Virus record (IMG/VR): IMGVR_UViG_3300045988_064749
Origin: a virus
Strand: one strand, 5' to 3'
Length of the DNA stretch: 45,508 nt
The notes beneath the pieces were generated by a model. The model saw only the letters and a list, made by a program, of their open reading frames with translations. It was not told the DNA's origin and made no database searches. The stretch's first letter is position 1, and every line of letters begins with the position of its first letter. The position numbers and the translations under genes are program-made. Shown here in pieces: positions 16,830 to 25,740 of the stretch.

Positions 16830-17477
16830 ATGGCTACGCAATGTAGAGAAAGTAAAAAGAAACCAAAGCGCAATTTTGCAAGACTGTACACCGCTTTCCT
16901 CGTGATTGCTCTCTTGGGAGGATTGATTGGTTATGCCATCGGAGCAGTTTACACGCCGCAAAAGACAGTGACAGTTACGGAGACCATAGAAGTACCTGTG
17001 CATGAGTCTGAAAATCTGCCGCAGGACACAGAAGTGTTTTTATTTGACATTCCTTTGTCCGATTCCCTACAGAGATACATCTACGAAATTTGCGCTGACG
17101 AGGGTGTTCCCGTAACACTGGCTCTTGCCATGATTGAGCATGAGAGCGGGTTTAACCCGGAGGTGATAAGCTCCACTGATGATTATGGTCTTATGCAGAT
17201 CAATGCCATAAACCATGAATGGCTTGAGGAAAAGTACCGAGTCGCTGATTTCCTTAACCCATACCAAAACGCATTTTGCGGTATCACCATTATCGGTAGT
17301 TACATCGAGAAGTACGGTGATTACGGCAAGGCTCTGATGGCGTACAACATGGGAGATTACGGTGCGCAAAAGTCATGGGAGAACGGGGTAACAAGCAGTT
17401 CCTACTCTACCACCATTCTTGATCTCATGCAGAAGTATGAGGAGGTGTTACACAATGCCGAACACGATGGAGCCTAA
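16830..17477 (+). CDS. Membrane-anchored lytic transglycosylase (SLT domain).
   Basis: GAGGAGG RBS. An N-terminal TM segment is followed by ...MIEHESGFNPEVISSTDDYGLMQIN..., the SLT catalytic Glu-Ser motif. Confidence 0.75.
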   Translation: MATQCRESKKKPKRNFARLYTAFLVIALLGGLIGYAIGAVYTPQKTVTVTETIEVPVHESENLPQDTEVFLFDIPLSDSLQRYIYEICADEGVPVTLALAMIEHESGFNPEVISSTDDYGLMQINAINHEWLEEKYRVADFLNPYQNAFCGITIIGSYIEKYGDYGKALMAYNMGDYGAQKSWENGVTSSSYSTTILDLMQKYEEVLHNAEHDGA

Positions 17478-17883
17478 AAATCGTTCTACAGCTATCAGGG
17501 GGGGGGGACAAGTGGAATCAGGCAAAAGAGTACGATTGCCAAAATTGTTTTACGAACGCCCTCTGACTCCAAAAGAAGCCCAATTTGCCGAAGACAATCT
17601 TTATATTGTCTGGTGGTACTTAGATCAGCAGAGACTTGACCGAGCAGAATGGTTTGATATGGTGATCTTCCGCTATCTGATTAGTGTGAAAAGATGGTTT
17701 GCCGTTCCTGATGTGCGGAAAAGTCGGTTCGTAACTGTGGCCTGTAGTGCTATGAAATCTGCTATTGGAAATGAAAGAAAAAAGCAGAACAGGGAACCCA
17801 AAACCGTAAGCCTGTACGAACCTATACCCGGAACAGAGGGCTTGCTGTATATCGACACGATAGCGGCTTCTCAGATTTTTTGA
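17455..17883 (+). CDS. Putative sigma-70 region-2-like transcription factor carrying an in-gene G10 tract.
   Basis: GAGGAGGTG lies 7 nt before the ATG. The pattern ...AEDNLYIVWWYL...FDMVIFRYLISVKRWF...FVTVACSAMKSAIGNERKKQNR resembles sigma region 2. Confidence 0.4.
   Translation: MPNTMEPKNRSTAIRGGGQVESGKRVRLPKLFYERPLTPKEAQFAEDNLYIVWWYLDQQRLDRAEWFDMVIFRYLISVKRWFAVPDVRKSRFVTVACSAMKSAIGNERKKQNREPKTVSLYEPIPGTEGLLYIDTIAASQIF
17498..17507 (+). repeat. Homopolymeric G10 tract (codons 15-18 of the gene at 17455).
   Basis: Counted directly: cag gggggggggg aca. Confidence 0.95.
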
Positions 17884-17895
17884 GGGGGTAATGAA

Positions 17896-18180
17896 ATGGA
17901 AATCAAATACAATGTCCAAGTCCCACCTAAGAAATCATTTAATGGTGGAGCTAAAAGTGAAGAAGTCAAGGCCATTGAAGATTTTCTGACAAGCGGAAAT
18001 GTCAAGAATATGTGCTTTGAGTATGGCACTGATAAGGAAGCCAAAACTAAACTTTCCACGGTTTCTTCCCACCGGCGCAAGTGGAACGAAAAAAGCTCCA
18101 AAATGTATGACGCTTACCGGGTGGGCAACTGCATTTATATCATTCGTTTACGCAGTCAGGATATGAAAAAGCAATCGTGA
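17896..18180 (+). CDS. Hypothetical protein.
   Basis: GAGGGGG RBS and a 94-aa ORF. Confidence 0.55.
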   Translation: MEIKYNVQVPPKKSFNGGAKSEEVKAIEDFLTSGNVKNMCFEYGTDKEAKTKLSTVSSHRRKWNEKSSKMYDAYRVGNCIYIIRLRSQDMKKQS

Positions 18181-18196
18181 AAGGAGGACGAGAAGC

Positions 18197-18592
18197 ATGA
18201 CAAACAAGAAGCTCGGAAACAGCTTTGAGTCCACTTTCTGTGAAATCCTCTTTCAGCAAGGCTTCTGGTGTCACAATCTTGCTCAGAATCAGGCGGGGCA
18301 ACCGGCTGATGTGATTGCTGTCAGAAATGGTAAATCCTATCTGATTGACTGCAAGGTGTGTTCAAGAGGGAGATTCCCTTTTTCCAGAATTGAGGAAAAT
18401 CAGCATTGCGCTATGAGTGCGTGGCAGGAAAGCGGGAACGGAAAAGGCTGGTTTGCTCTTTTGTGCTCAGGCCATATTTTCATGGTGGATTATGAGACGC
18501 TGGCACGGCTGGCAAAGACGCAATCAGGTATCAGCTATTCTGAAATGTGCTTCTATGGGTGCTCATTGGAAGCGTGGGTGGTGTTCGCATGA
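18197..18592 (+). CDS. Holliday-junction resolvase-like PD-(D/E)XK nuclease (RecU/Hjc-like).
   Basis: AAAGGAGG RBS. The pattern is G.SFE...(30 aa)...ADVIAV..GKSYLIDCK......F...RIEENQ. Confidence 0.55.
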   Translation: MTNKKLGNSFESTFCEILFQQGFWCHNLAQNQAGQPADVIAVRNGKSYLIDCKVCSRGRFPFSRIEENQHCAMSAWQESGNGKGWFALLCSGHIFMVDYETLARLAKTQSGISYSEMCFYGCSLEAWVVFA

Positions 18593-20001
18593 TTATCACA
18601 GTTTCCAGCACACTCACCATCGAAAATCCAACGGCAGAAATGCTCGTATGGTGCAGTAAGCATATGAGAATTGCAAACCCTGAGTACCAGAAGAAAGTTC
18701 GCATGAATTTGTGGCTCGGCAATACTCCGAAAACCTTGAGCCTATACGAGCAGAGAGGAAACACCCTTGTGCTCCCATTCGGTACGCTGAGGACACTTCC
18801 TGACTTTGTAAAAAAGAACGCTGTCTTCATAAGCGATTTCAAGGCCGCTGAGGAGGTTCCCTACGGAGGGGTAGATATTCCCCTCTATGACTATCAAAAG
18901 GCCGCTGTGGACGCTGTGGCGGCACAGCAGTACGGTATTCTGCAAAGTCCAGCAGGTAGCGGAAAAACACAGATGGGAATTGCTCTTGTGAAACGGTTTG
19001 GGAAGAAAGCTCTTTGGCTCACCCACACGCTCGATTTGCTCAAGCAGAGTAAGGAACGAGCAGAGCTGTACATGGACAAACGGGTTATTGGAACAATCAC
19101 CGAGGGAAAGGTCAATATCGGAAGCGGTATCACCTTCGCTACTATTCAGACCATGTGTAAGCTCGATCTATCGCAATACAAAAACTTGTGGGACACCATT
19201 ATCGTAGACGAGTGCCACCGCTGTTCCGGGACACCTACTGCTATGACGCAGTTTTACAAGGTTCTGAACTCTTTGGCGGCTCGACACAAAATTGGTCTCT
19301 CAGCTACCGTACACAGGTCTGACGGAATGATTGAAGCCACCTATGCACTTCTCGGTCATGTGGTCTACACCGTCCCTGATAAAGCGGTCGGTGACAAAAT
19401 CATGAAGGTTGGTATTCTCCCTGTCGGAACAGGGGTGGAAATCAGCCGAGAGTGTATGAACACTGACGGAACGCTGAACTACTCGAAATTGATTACCTAT
19501 CTCACCGAAAATCTTTGCCGGGAGGAAGTAATCGTAAACACCATCAAGCTGAACGAGGGCAAGAGCTGTCTGATATTGTCAGATAGGCTCGGTCACTTGG
19601 AGCACCTTATGAGCTGGCTACCGGCTCACATGAGACGGGACGCTGTGATGGTGAGCGGCAAAATGACAACGAAAAAAGGCAAGGCAGAACGAGAGAAAGC
19701 CATTGAGGATATGCGGTCGGGCAAGAAGAAATACCTGTTTGCGACCTATTCTCTGGCAAAGGAAGGGTTGGACATACCTCGTTTGGAGCGGTTGTTCCTT
19801 ACGACCCCTCAGAAAGATTACGCTGTGGTGACACAGAGTATTGGCAGAATCGCTCGTGTTTTTGAGGGAAAGGCAGAACCGATTGCCTACGATTTCGTGG
19901 ACAATATCGCATACCTCGTGAAGTCCTACAAGAAACGATGTACGACCTATCGCAAGAATGGGTGCTACTTCATCGGAGAGGAGGAGCAGAATTGCGACTA
20001 A
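18589..20001 (+). CDS. Superfamily-2 DEAD/DEAH-type helicase.
   Basis: ATGA overlap with the upstream gene. Walker A is QSPAGSGKT, Walker B is VDECH, followed by SAT. C-terminal helicase motifs are present (ATYSLAKEGLDIP, QSIGRIAR). Confidence 0.8.
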   Translation: MIITVSSTLTIENPTAEMLVWCSKHMRIANPEYQKKVRMNLWLGNTPKTLSLYEQRGNTLVLPFGTLRTLPDFVKKNAVFISDFKAAEEVPYGGVDIPLYDYQKAAVDAVAAQQYGILQSPAGSGKTQMGIALVKRFGKKALWLTHTLDLLKQSKERAELYMDKRVIGTITEGKVNIGSGITFATIQTMCKLDLSQYKNLWDTIIVDECHRCSGTPTAMTQFYKVLNSLAARHKIGLSATVHRSDGMIEATYALLGHVVYTVPDKAVGDKIMKVGILPVGTGVEISRECMNTDGTLNYSKLITYLTENLCREEVIVNTIKLNEGKSCLILSDRLGHLEHLMSWLPAHMRRDAVMVSGKMTTKKGKAEREKAIEDMRSGKKKYLFATYSLAKEGLDIPRLERLFLTTPQKDYAVVTQSIGRIARVFEGKAEPIAYDFVDNIAYLVKSYKKRCTTYRKNGCYFIGEEEQNCD

Positions 20002-22502
20002 TTTCGTATGACTGTGAGGTGTTTGCTTATGACTGGCTTGTAACATTCAAGGACAAAGAAACAGGTCAGCGCACACGAATATGGAACGACAACGAAGTTC
20101 TAAAAATGGCACTCTCCGAAGAAGGTGTGTATGTCGGTTTCAACTCGAAACATTACGACCAATTTATCATCAAGGCTATTGCCGCAGGATTTACAACACA
20201 AGAAGTAAAACAGGTCAACGATTTCATTATCGGCGGCGGTCAAGGTTGGGAATGTCCGCTACTCAAAGATTTCTACTTTCGCTTTAACAATGTAGATATT
20301 AAAGATGATATGCAGATGGGACTTTCTCTCAAAGCTATTGAAGGACACCTTGGAATGTCAGTGCAGGAAAGTACAGTTCCGTTCGACATTGACCGTCCTC
20401 TCACTGAGGAAGAACGCAGAGAGGTTGAGTTTTACTGCGACCATGATGTTGATACCACTGAGAGAGTCCTTGATATTCGTAAGGACTATCTGAAAAACAA
20501 AATCCACATTGGTAGGCTCGCCGGGTTATCAGATGTAAAGGCAATGAGTATGACAAACGCCAAACTGACTGCGGCTCTGTTGAGAGCAACGAAACAGCCA
20601 CACGATGATGAACGCAAATATGTCTACCCGGAAAACCTAAAGCGTGAATACATTCCACAAGAGATTTTCGATTTCTTTGACCGAATGTATGACCCGGGGA
20701 TTTCAGACAAAGACCTGTTCAGCGACAAGCAAACATTTTCTATCGGTGACTGTCCCGGCGTGGTAGGTTATGGCGGTATTCATGCCGCTATCCCAAACTA
20801 CTTTTTTACAGAATCAGAGGACAGAGTTATCCGAAACAAAGATGTAGCGAGTTACTATCCGCACCTAATGACATTATGCGGCTATACTTCGAGAAATATT
20901 CCATCAGCACAGGTTTTTGAAGATGTATTGGAAACTCGAATGAAAGCCAAAGCAAGTGGTGATAAGGCTACAGCAAATGCACTCAAACTGGTAGTGAACA
21001 CAACCTATGGGGCATTGCTGAACAAGTACAACGACCTGTTTGACCCTCTCATGGGACGCTCAGTGTGTATCACAGGACAGTTATTCCTCCTTGAGCTGGC
21101 AGAACATCTGTACGCCGATATTCCGGGGCTGAAAATAGTCCAGCTCAACACGGACGGTATCATGGTCGAGTGCAACCGGGCTGACCTTGGGAGACTGGAC
21201 GAAATCTGTAACGAGTGGCAGAAGCGCACCGGCTTTGAACTGGAAGAAGATTCCGTGAAGAAGATTGCGCAGAAAGATGTGAACAACTACATCGAGGTGC
21301 AACCGAGCGGTGAGGTCAAGGAAAAGGGCGGCTATCTCGTCAGGGGCATTTCCAGCGTGGGGGCTTGGAAAATCAACAATTCCTGCTGTATCGTTGCGAC
21401 CGCCCTCCGAGAGTACTTCGTTCACGGTACACCTGTGGAAGACACGATCAACGGCTGTGACGATATTTTCCAGTTCCAGATTATCGCAAAAGCTGGTGTG
21501 AAATATCGTGAAGCATATCACCTTGTCGATGGTGAGCAAGTCCCGGTACAGCGAGTGAATCGTGTATATGCCACGGCAGACGAGCGGTATGGGAAACTGT
21601 TTAAGGTTAAGGCAGAGAATGACTCCACCGCCAAAATCGAAATGCTCCCGGAGCATTGTATCATCGACAACGATAATCACTTAACCATTGCCGAGGTGGG
21701 CAAGCAGTTCTACATCGACATGGCAAAAAAGAGAGTCAATGACTTTTTAGGGATTAAGCCCGAAAAGAAAAAATCAACGAGGAGGACAAAAACAATGGCA
21801 ACGACCACCAAGACGGAGAATGTCTACCAGAAGCTCATTAAGGCGAGAGAACAGTTCCTCAATGCCGATGTGCAGAAGACGGGTAAGAATATGCACCTGT
21901 CGTTCAAGTATTTCGAGCTGGACGATATTGTTCCCACCGCAATCCGTATTTTCGCAACTGTAGGGCTTGTTCCTGTCGTGAACTTCACCACTGATACCGC
22001 CACCATGACGATTGTGAACACCGACAACCCGGAGGACACTGTGGCATTTGTGGCTCCGTTTAACCAGATCGCTCCCATTGTGAGCAACACTGGTAAACAG
22101 GCTACCAACGAAATGCAAGCCCTTGGTTCATCTATCACATATATGCGCCGCTACCTCTACATGATGGCACTGGACATTTGCGAGAGTGATTCCATTGACG
22201 CAAACGCTGGCAAGCCAGTGTCTACTCCCGCTCCTGCGGAAGCCGCACCCAAAGCACCTGCCACCCCGCAACAGCGTCAGGAGGTTAAAGAAGAGCTGAC
22301 TGCCCCTGCTGACAATGCCACTACCTTGCAGATTAAGGGTCTCAAGAGCGTCTTGAAAAAGCTCAAGGACGCCGACCCCACCAAGGAAGAAATGATCGCA
22401 CAGATTGCGGTGCAGACAAAGGGGTTCACTGAGATCAGCAAGTCTGACTGTGAAGCTCTGATTACCAGAATCACCACTATGTTGGAAGGGAGTAACGAAT
22501 GA
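19992..22502 (+). CDS. Family-B DNA polymerase ORF that continues in frame, without a stop, into an ERF-type annealase domain.
   Basis: TTG start after GGAGGAG. An exonuclease N-terminus is followed by polB motifs DVASYYPHLM, KLVVNTTYGAL and QLNTDGIMV. No stop codon occurs before the ERF part. Confidence 0.75.
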   Translation: MRLISYDCEVFAYDWLVTFKDKETGQRTRIWNDNEVLKMALSEEGVYVGFNSKHYDQFIIKAIAAGFTTQEVKQVNDFIIGGGQGWECPLLKDFYFRFNNVDIKDDMQMGLSLKAIEGHLGMSVQESTVPFDIDRPLTEEERREVEFYCDHDVDTTERVLDIRKDYLKNKIHIGRLAGLSDVKAMSMTNAKLTAALLRATKQPHDDERKYVYPENLKREYIPQEIFDFFDRMYDPGISDKDLFSDKQTFSIGDCPGVVGYGGIHAAIPNYFFTESEDRVIRNKDVASYYPHLMTLCGYTSRNIPSAQVFEDVLETRMKAKASGDKATANALKLVVNTTYGALLNKYNDLFDPLMGRSVCITGQLFLLELAEHLYADIPGLKIVQLNTDGIMVECNRADLGRLDEICNEWQKRTGFELEEDSVKKIAQKDVNNYIEVQPSGEVKEKGGYLVRGISSVGAWKINNSCCIVATALREYFVHGTPVEDTINGCDDIFQFQIIAKAGVKYREAYHLVDGEQVPVQRVNRVYATADERYGKLFKVKAENDSTAKIEMLPEHCIIDNDNHLTIAEVGKQFYIDMAKKRVNDFLGIKPEKKKSTRRTKTMATTTKTENVYQKLIKAREQFLNADVQKTGKNMHLSFKYFELDDIVPTAIRIFATVGLVPVVNFTTDTATMTIVNTDNPEDTVAFVAPFNQIAPIVSNTGKQATNEMQALGSSITYMRRYLYMMALDICESDSIDANAGKPVSTPAPAEAAPKAPATPQQRQEVKEELTAPADNATTLQIKGLKSVLKKLKDADPTKEEMIAQIAVQTKGFTEISKSDCEALITRITTMLEGSNE
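21795..22502 (+). CDS. ERF-family single-strand annealing protein. It is nested in frame with its own RBS.
   Basis: GAGGAGGACAAAAACAATG is the same RBS-spacer sequence as at 24120. Recognisable sequence: ...FKYFELDDIVP...GSSITYMRRYLYMMALDI. Confidence 0.65.
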   Translation: MATTTKTENVYQKLIKAREQFLNADVQKTGKNMHLSFKYFELDDIVPTAIRIFATVGLVPVVNFTTDTATMTIVNTDNPEDTVAFVAPFNQIAPIVSNTGKQATNEMQALGSSITYMRRYLYMMALDICESDSIDANAGKPVSTPAPAEAAPKAPATPQQRQEVKEELTAPADNATTLQIKGLKSVLKKLKDADPTKEEMIAQIAVQTKGFTEISKSDCEALITRITTMLEGSNE

Positions 22503-23524
22503 TGAAATGGCTCGATTCTAACCAGATTCAGATTACACCTCCGAAACGCACTAAAAAAGTGACCGGCACCCGCTTTGCTACTATCCTTGGGCTGAACCCT
22601 TGGTCTACCCCGTTTGAAATGTGGTGCGCTATCACCAAGACCTACGAGAAGCCCTTTGAGGACACGATCTACACCATTGCCGGTAAGACCATTGAGCCGA
22701 AACAGGCTGAGTATATGAAAAAATCTTATGGTATGGATTTGATTACCCCTACAGACCGTTACGGAGAGGATTACTTCAATAAGACTTGGGGAGATTTCTT
22801 CCCTGAGAATCCGCACTTTGGCGGTATGTGGGACTACCTCGGAGTGAATGAAAACGGCGAAGTGGACACCGTACTTGAAATGAAGACCACCAAGCGTATT
22901 GAGGACTGGCAGAATGACGCTCCCGAATACTACGCTCTACAGGCGGCTCTCTACGCATACCTGCTTGGAGTGGACAATGTTATCATGGTCGCTTCCTTCC
23001 TTGACGAGAAGGACTACACAGACCCCTCCAAGTATGTTCCCAATATCAAGAACACCATCACGGTAGAGTTCAAGGTGAGTGAGCGTTACCCGGACTTCGA
23101 GCGCATGGTCTCTGAGGTGAAGTCTTGGTGGGGAGAGTATGTGGCTGGCGGTATCTCCCCTGTCTATGACGAGAAGAAAGACGCTGAGATTTTGGCGGCT
23201 TTACGCACTCACAATTTCACCCCCGATACAGACATTGACGCTCTTATCAAGGAAGCCAAAAGTCTCAAAACAGAGGTGGACAAGGCCGCTACCGCTATCG
23301 CTGATAAAGAGAAGCGGCTGAAAGAGATCAATGACATCATTAAGGAACACGCTATGAAGCAGTTCCGGGACGGTGATAAAAAAGTGGAGATCAAAGGCTC
23401 CACTTACACTTGGACGGTTTCTCGTTCTGAAACCTCCACCATTGACAAAAAAGCACTGGAAGCTGACGGTCTGCTTGAAAAATATCAGAAGAAATCTGAG
23501 CAGTATCGTATGACTGTAAAATAA
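22499..23524 (+). CDS. YqaJ/lambda-exonuclease-like recombination exonuclease.
   Basis: ATGA overlap with the upstream gene. Recognisable sequence: ...GTRFATILGLNPWSTPFEMW...LEMKTT...YYALQAALYAYLLG. Confidence 0.75.
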   Translation: MMKWLDSNQIQITPPKRTKKVTGTRFATILGLNPWSTPFEMWCAITKTYEKPFEDTIYTIAGKTIEPKQAEYMKKSYGMDLITPTDRYGEDYFNKTWGDFFPENPHFGGMWDYLGVNENGEVDTVLEMKTTKRIEDWQNDAPEYYALQAALYAYLLGVDNVIMVASFLDEKDYTDPSKYVPNIKNTITVEFKVSERYPDFERMVSEVKSWWGEYVAGGISPVYDEKKDAEILAALRTHNFTPDTDIDALIKEAKSLKTEVDKAATAIADKEKRLKEINDIIKEHAMKQFRDGDKKVEIKGSTYTWTVSRSETSTIDKKALEADGLLEKYQKKSEQYRMTVK

Positions 23525-23536
23525 GGAGGATTTACC

Positions 23537-24007
23537 ATGAAATTCCAGAAATTTGTAAAAGCTCTTGGCTCTGACGGTATCGTTTACAACCGCAAAAATG
23601 GTGAACGCTGGCTTGCTTCTGACCGAGTGTTTATGAAAATCCCGGAAGACATTCACAGTGTTACCTGTGCTGATATTACAGATATGCCCGATTTTGCGGA
23701 GAACATCATCAATTACGACAGCTTCACCGACCCTTGCGAACTCCATGCGGCTGTCATGCCCTACGCCGATGGCGTTATCAAAGACTGCGTTCGTATTTAT
23801 GCTACCGAGGGAGAACAGAACAAGGTTGCCATTGACAACAGCTCTTATGCTCTTATTGAGCGAAAAGACATTGTAGAAATGTTTGTCAAATACAACGCCG
23901 AGGAAGAAATCAGTGAGGGCAAAGCTCTGGTAATTAAGCGTCCTGCAAATTTGTCCTCTGACGAAGAAGTGATTGGCCTGATTTTCCCGACAGATTACGA
24001 GAAATGA
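23537..24007 (+). CDS. Hypothetical protein.
   Basis: AAGGAGG RBS and a 156-aa ORF. Confidence 0.6.
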   Translation: MKFQKFVKALGSDGIVYNRKNGERWLASDRVFMKIPEDIHSVTCADITDMPDFAENIINYDSFTDPCELHAAVMPYADGVIKDCVRIYATEGEQNKVAIDNSSYALIERKDIVEMFVKYNAEEEISEGKALVIKRPANLSSDEEVIGLIFPTDYEK

Positions 24008-24017
24008 GGAGGGCACC

Positions 24018-24119
24018 ATGTATATTGACCCGTTCGTTGCCGGTGTAATTTCTACTATTTTGGTGGAACTCGTACTGATTGTCGGCTATGCCATGTATGT
24101 GAGCACTAAGAAGAAATAA
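24018..24119 (+). CDS. Small hydrophobic (single-TM) protein, 33 aa.
   Basis: GAGGAGGG RBS. Sequence MYIDPFVAGVISTILVELVLIVGYAMYVSTKKK. It is shorter than the ORF-track cutoff. Confidence 0.45.
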   Translation: MYIDPFVAGVISTILVELVLIVGYAMYVSTKKK

Positions 24120-24133
24120 GGAGGACAAAAACA

Positions 24134-24661
24134 ATGGCAAGAATCCCTATGACGAGTGGTTTCACTCTCATTCCAGAAGGAACCTATGTGTTCCGGGTAT
24201 ATGACGCTACCTATGACGAGGAGTTTGGCAAGATTAAAGTAAAGCTGGTAAATGCCGCTGGTATGACCCATACCGAACGCTTTTCAATTAAAGATAAGAA
24301 TGACGAGCTGAATGAAAAGGCTTTGAACGCTTTCTCTTATTTTGCCAAGACGGTAATGGGTGATTACACCTTGGAGGATATTGACCCATCTGAGCTTATC
24401 GACCATTTTGTTTGCGCAGAGGTCGTTCACACCAAGCTCCCCTCCAATAAAGACCCGAACAAGACCGTTACCTTCGCAAATCTCGGCGATAAATCCCCGG
24501 CAGAGTATTTTGACACCGAGCCTGTAGCTCGTGCTTTAACCCTTGGAAAAGAGAAGGACGCTTCTGTCGCACCGAAAGCCGCCGCACCTGCCCCTGCTCC
24601 TACCCCTGCGGCGCAACCTGCAAAGGGTCTCGACCTTGACGCTCTGCTTGGCGATCTGTAA
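24134..24661 (+). CDS. Putative ssDNA-binding protein (DUF669-like) with a low-complexity Ala/Pro linker and an acidic tail.
   Basis: AAGGAGG RBS. It lies next to the recombination genes. The C-terminus reads ...AAPAPAPTPAAQPAKGLDLDALLGDL. Confidence 0.45.
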   Translation: MARIPMTSGFTLIPEGTYVFRVYDATYDEEFGKIKVKLVNAAGMTHTERFSIKDKNDELNEKALNAFSYFAKTVMGDYTLEDIDPSELIDHFVCAEVVHTKLPSNKDPNKTVTFANLGDKSPAEYFDTEPVARALTLGKEKDASVAPKAAAPAPAPTPAAQPAKGLDLDALLGDL

Positions 24662-24680
24662 GCGTTGAGCAGGTGCGGCG

Positions 24681-24881
24681 GTGAGTATAAAATGTTGCAA
24701 AGACTGTGTAGCACCTAAACGCCATGTCGGTTGTCACGCTACTTGCGCCGAATATTTATCCGAAAAGAAAGCCTATGACGAACTCAAGGAAAAAGAGCGC
24801 AAGTGGCGTGAAGCCGAAAATGGTTTATATGTTCAAAGAACCAAGGGTGTCTACAGAGCTTTGCGGAGCAGGAGGAAATGA
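24681..24881 (+). CDS. Small Cys-rich protein.
   Basis: GTG start. Sequence CCKDCVAPKRHVGCHATC followed by a basic helix. Confidence 0.45.
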   Translation: MSIKCCKDCVAPKRHVGCHATCAEYLSEKKAYDELKEKERKWREAENGLYVQRTKGVYRALRSRRK

Positions 24882-24882
24882 A

Positions 24883-25170
24883 ATGGAGATCGCAAAAGAC
24901 GATAAAGGGAAAGCAAAACTTTCTCTTGTTCCCGTTCAGATCATTCGTGATATTGCACTTGTCAGGGAGTATGGCACTGAGAAATACCATGACCCTGATA
25001 ACTGGAAAAAGGTAGAATTGCAACGATATATAGACGCTTTTTACCGGCACTGGCTCTCTTTCATTGAGGATAACCATTCAAAAGACATGGAGAGTGGTAT
25101 AGAGCACTACAAACACATGGCCTGTAATATGGCGTTTATCTGTGAACTGATGAAGGAGGAAGACCAATGA
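24883..25170 (+). CDS. dNTP pyrophosphohydrolase-like protein (DUF5664/dATP-dGTP diphosphohydrolase N-terminal-like).
   Basis: GGAGGAAATGAAATG start context. Recognisable sequence: KLSLVPVQIIRDIALVREYGTEKY..PDNWKK......YIDAFYRHW...D.ESGIEHYKHMACNMAF. Confidence 0.5.
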   Translation: MEIAKDDKGKAKLSLVPVQIIRDIALVREYGTEKYHDPDNWKKVELQRYIDAFYRHWLSFIEDNHSKDMESGIEHYKHMACNMAFICELMKEEDQ

Positions 25171-25739
25171 CTGAATTAGAGCGAGTCCAATTATTTGAAG
25201 CCGCTGGTCTTGACAAAATCATTTCAAAAGATTTTAAGGCTTATCTGATTGCAAACGGTTTCTTCCGTTCACCGGCAAGCACAAAGTTTCACGGCGCATA
25301 CGAAGGTGGCTTATTCGATCATTCGCTGATGGTGATGAACACTCTTGTAGACCTGTCTGCGAAAAACGGCCTGAAATGGCAGAGAGCCGAAAGCCCTTTC
25401 ATTGTGGGTATGTTCCACGACCTGTGCAAAATAGACCAGTACCGTCACCCTATCTCAGGAACGATTTACGATGGGAGCAAGGAATGTCCAGTTTATGACG
25501 AGCAAGCGTGGGAATACAACCCCGACACAATTCTGAAAGGCCATGGGGATAAATCGGTTATTCTTTTATCTCAGCACATGACTATGACCGAGGAGGAATC
25601 TCTGTGTATTCTCTTTCACATGGGTGCTTTCACCGAGCAAGATCAATGGAGGAGCTACACTAACGCTGTACACCAGTTCCCCAATGTGCTTTGGACACAT
25701 CACGCAGATATGATCGCTTCTCATGTGGTAGGTGTTTGA
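25167..25739 (+). CDS. HD-domain phosphohydrolase.
   Basis: ATGA overlap with the upstream gene. Recognisable motifs: ...FHGAYEGGLFDHS...GMFHDLCK...GHGDKS... Confidence 0.7.
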   Translation: MTELERVQLFEAAGLDKIISKDFKAYLIANGFFRSPASTKFHGAYEGGLFDHSLMVMNTLVDLSAKNGLKWQRAESPFIVGMFHDLCKIDQYRHPISGTIYDGSKECPVYDEQAWEYNPDTILKGHGDKSVILLSQHMTMTEEESLCILFHMGAFTEQDQWRSYTNAVHQFPNVLWTHHADMIASHVVGV

Positions 25740-25740
25740 T

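Noticed and set aside
16702-16905. An independent 67-aa gene between cro and the SLT gene.
   Set aside because: It has no RBS at either possible start (16702 or ATG 16774) and overlaps the SLT start by 76 nt. It is kept only as a possible frameshifted N-terminal extension (see findings).
24883-25739. Z-genome (2-aminoadenine) biosynthesis cluster.
   Set aside because: A pyrophosphohydrolase-like and an HD-domain enzyme are present. No PurZ/adenylosuccinate-synthetase-like ORF is recognisable anywhere in the window.
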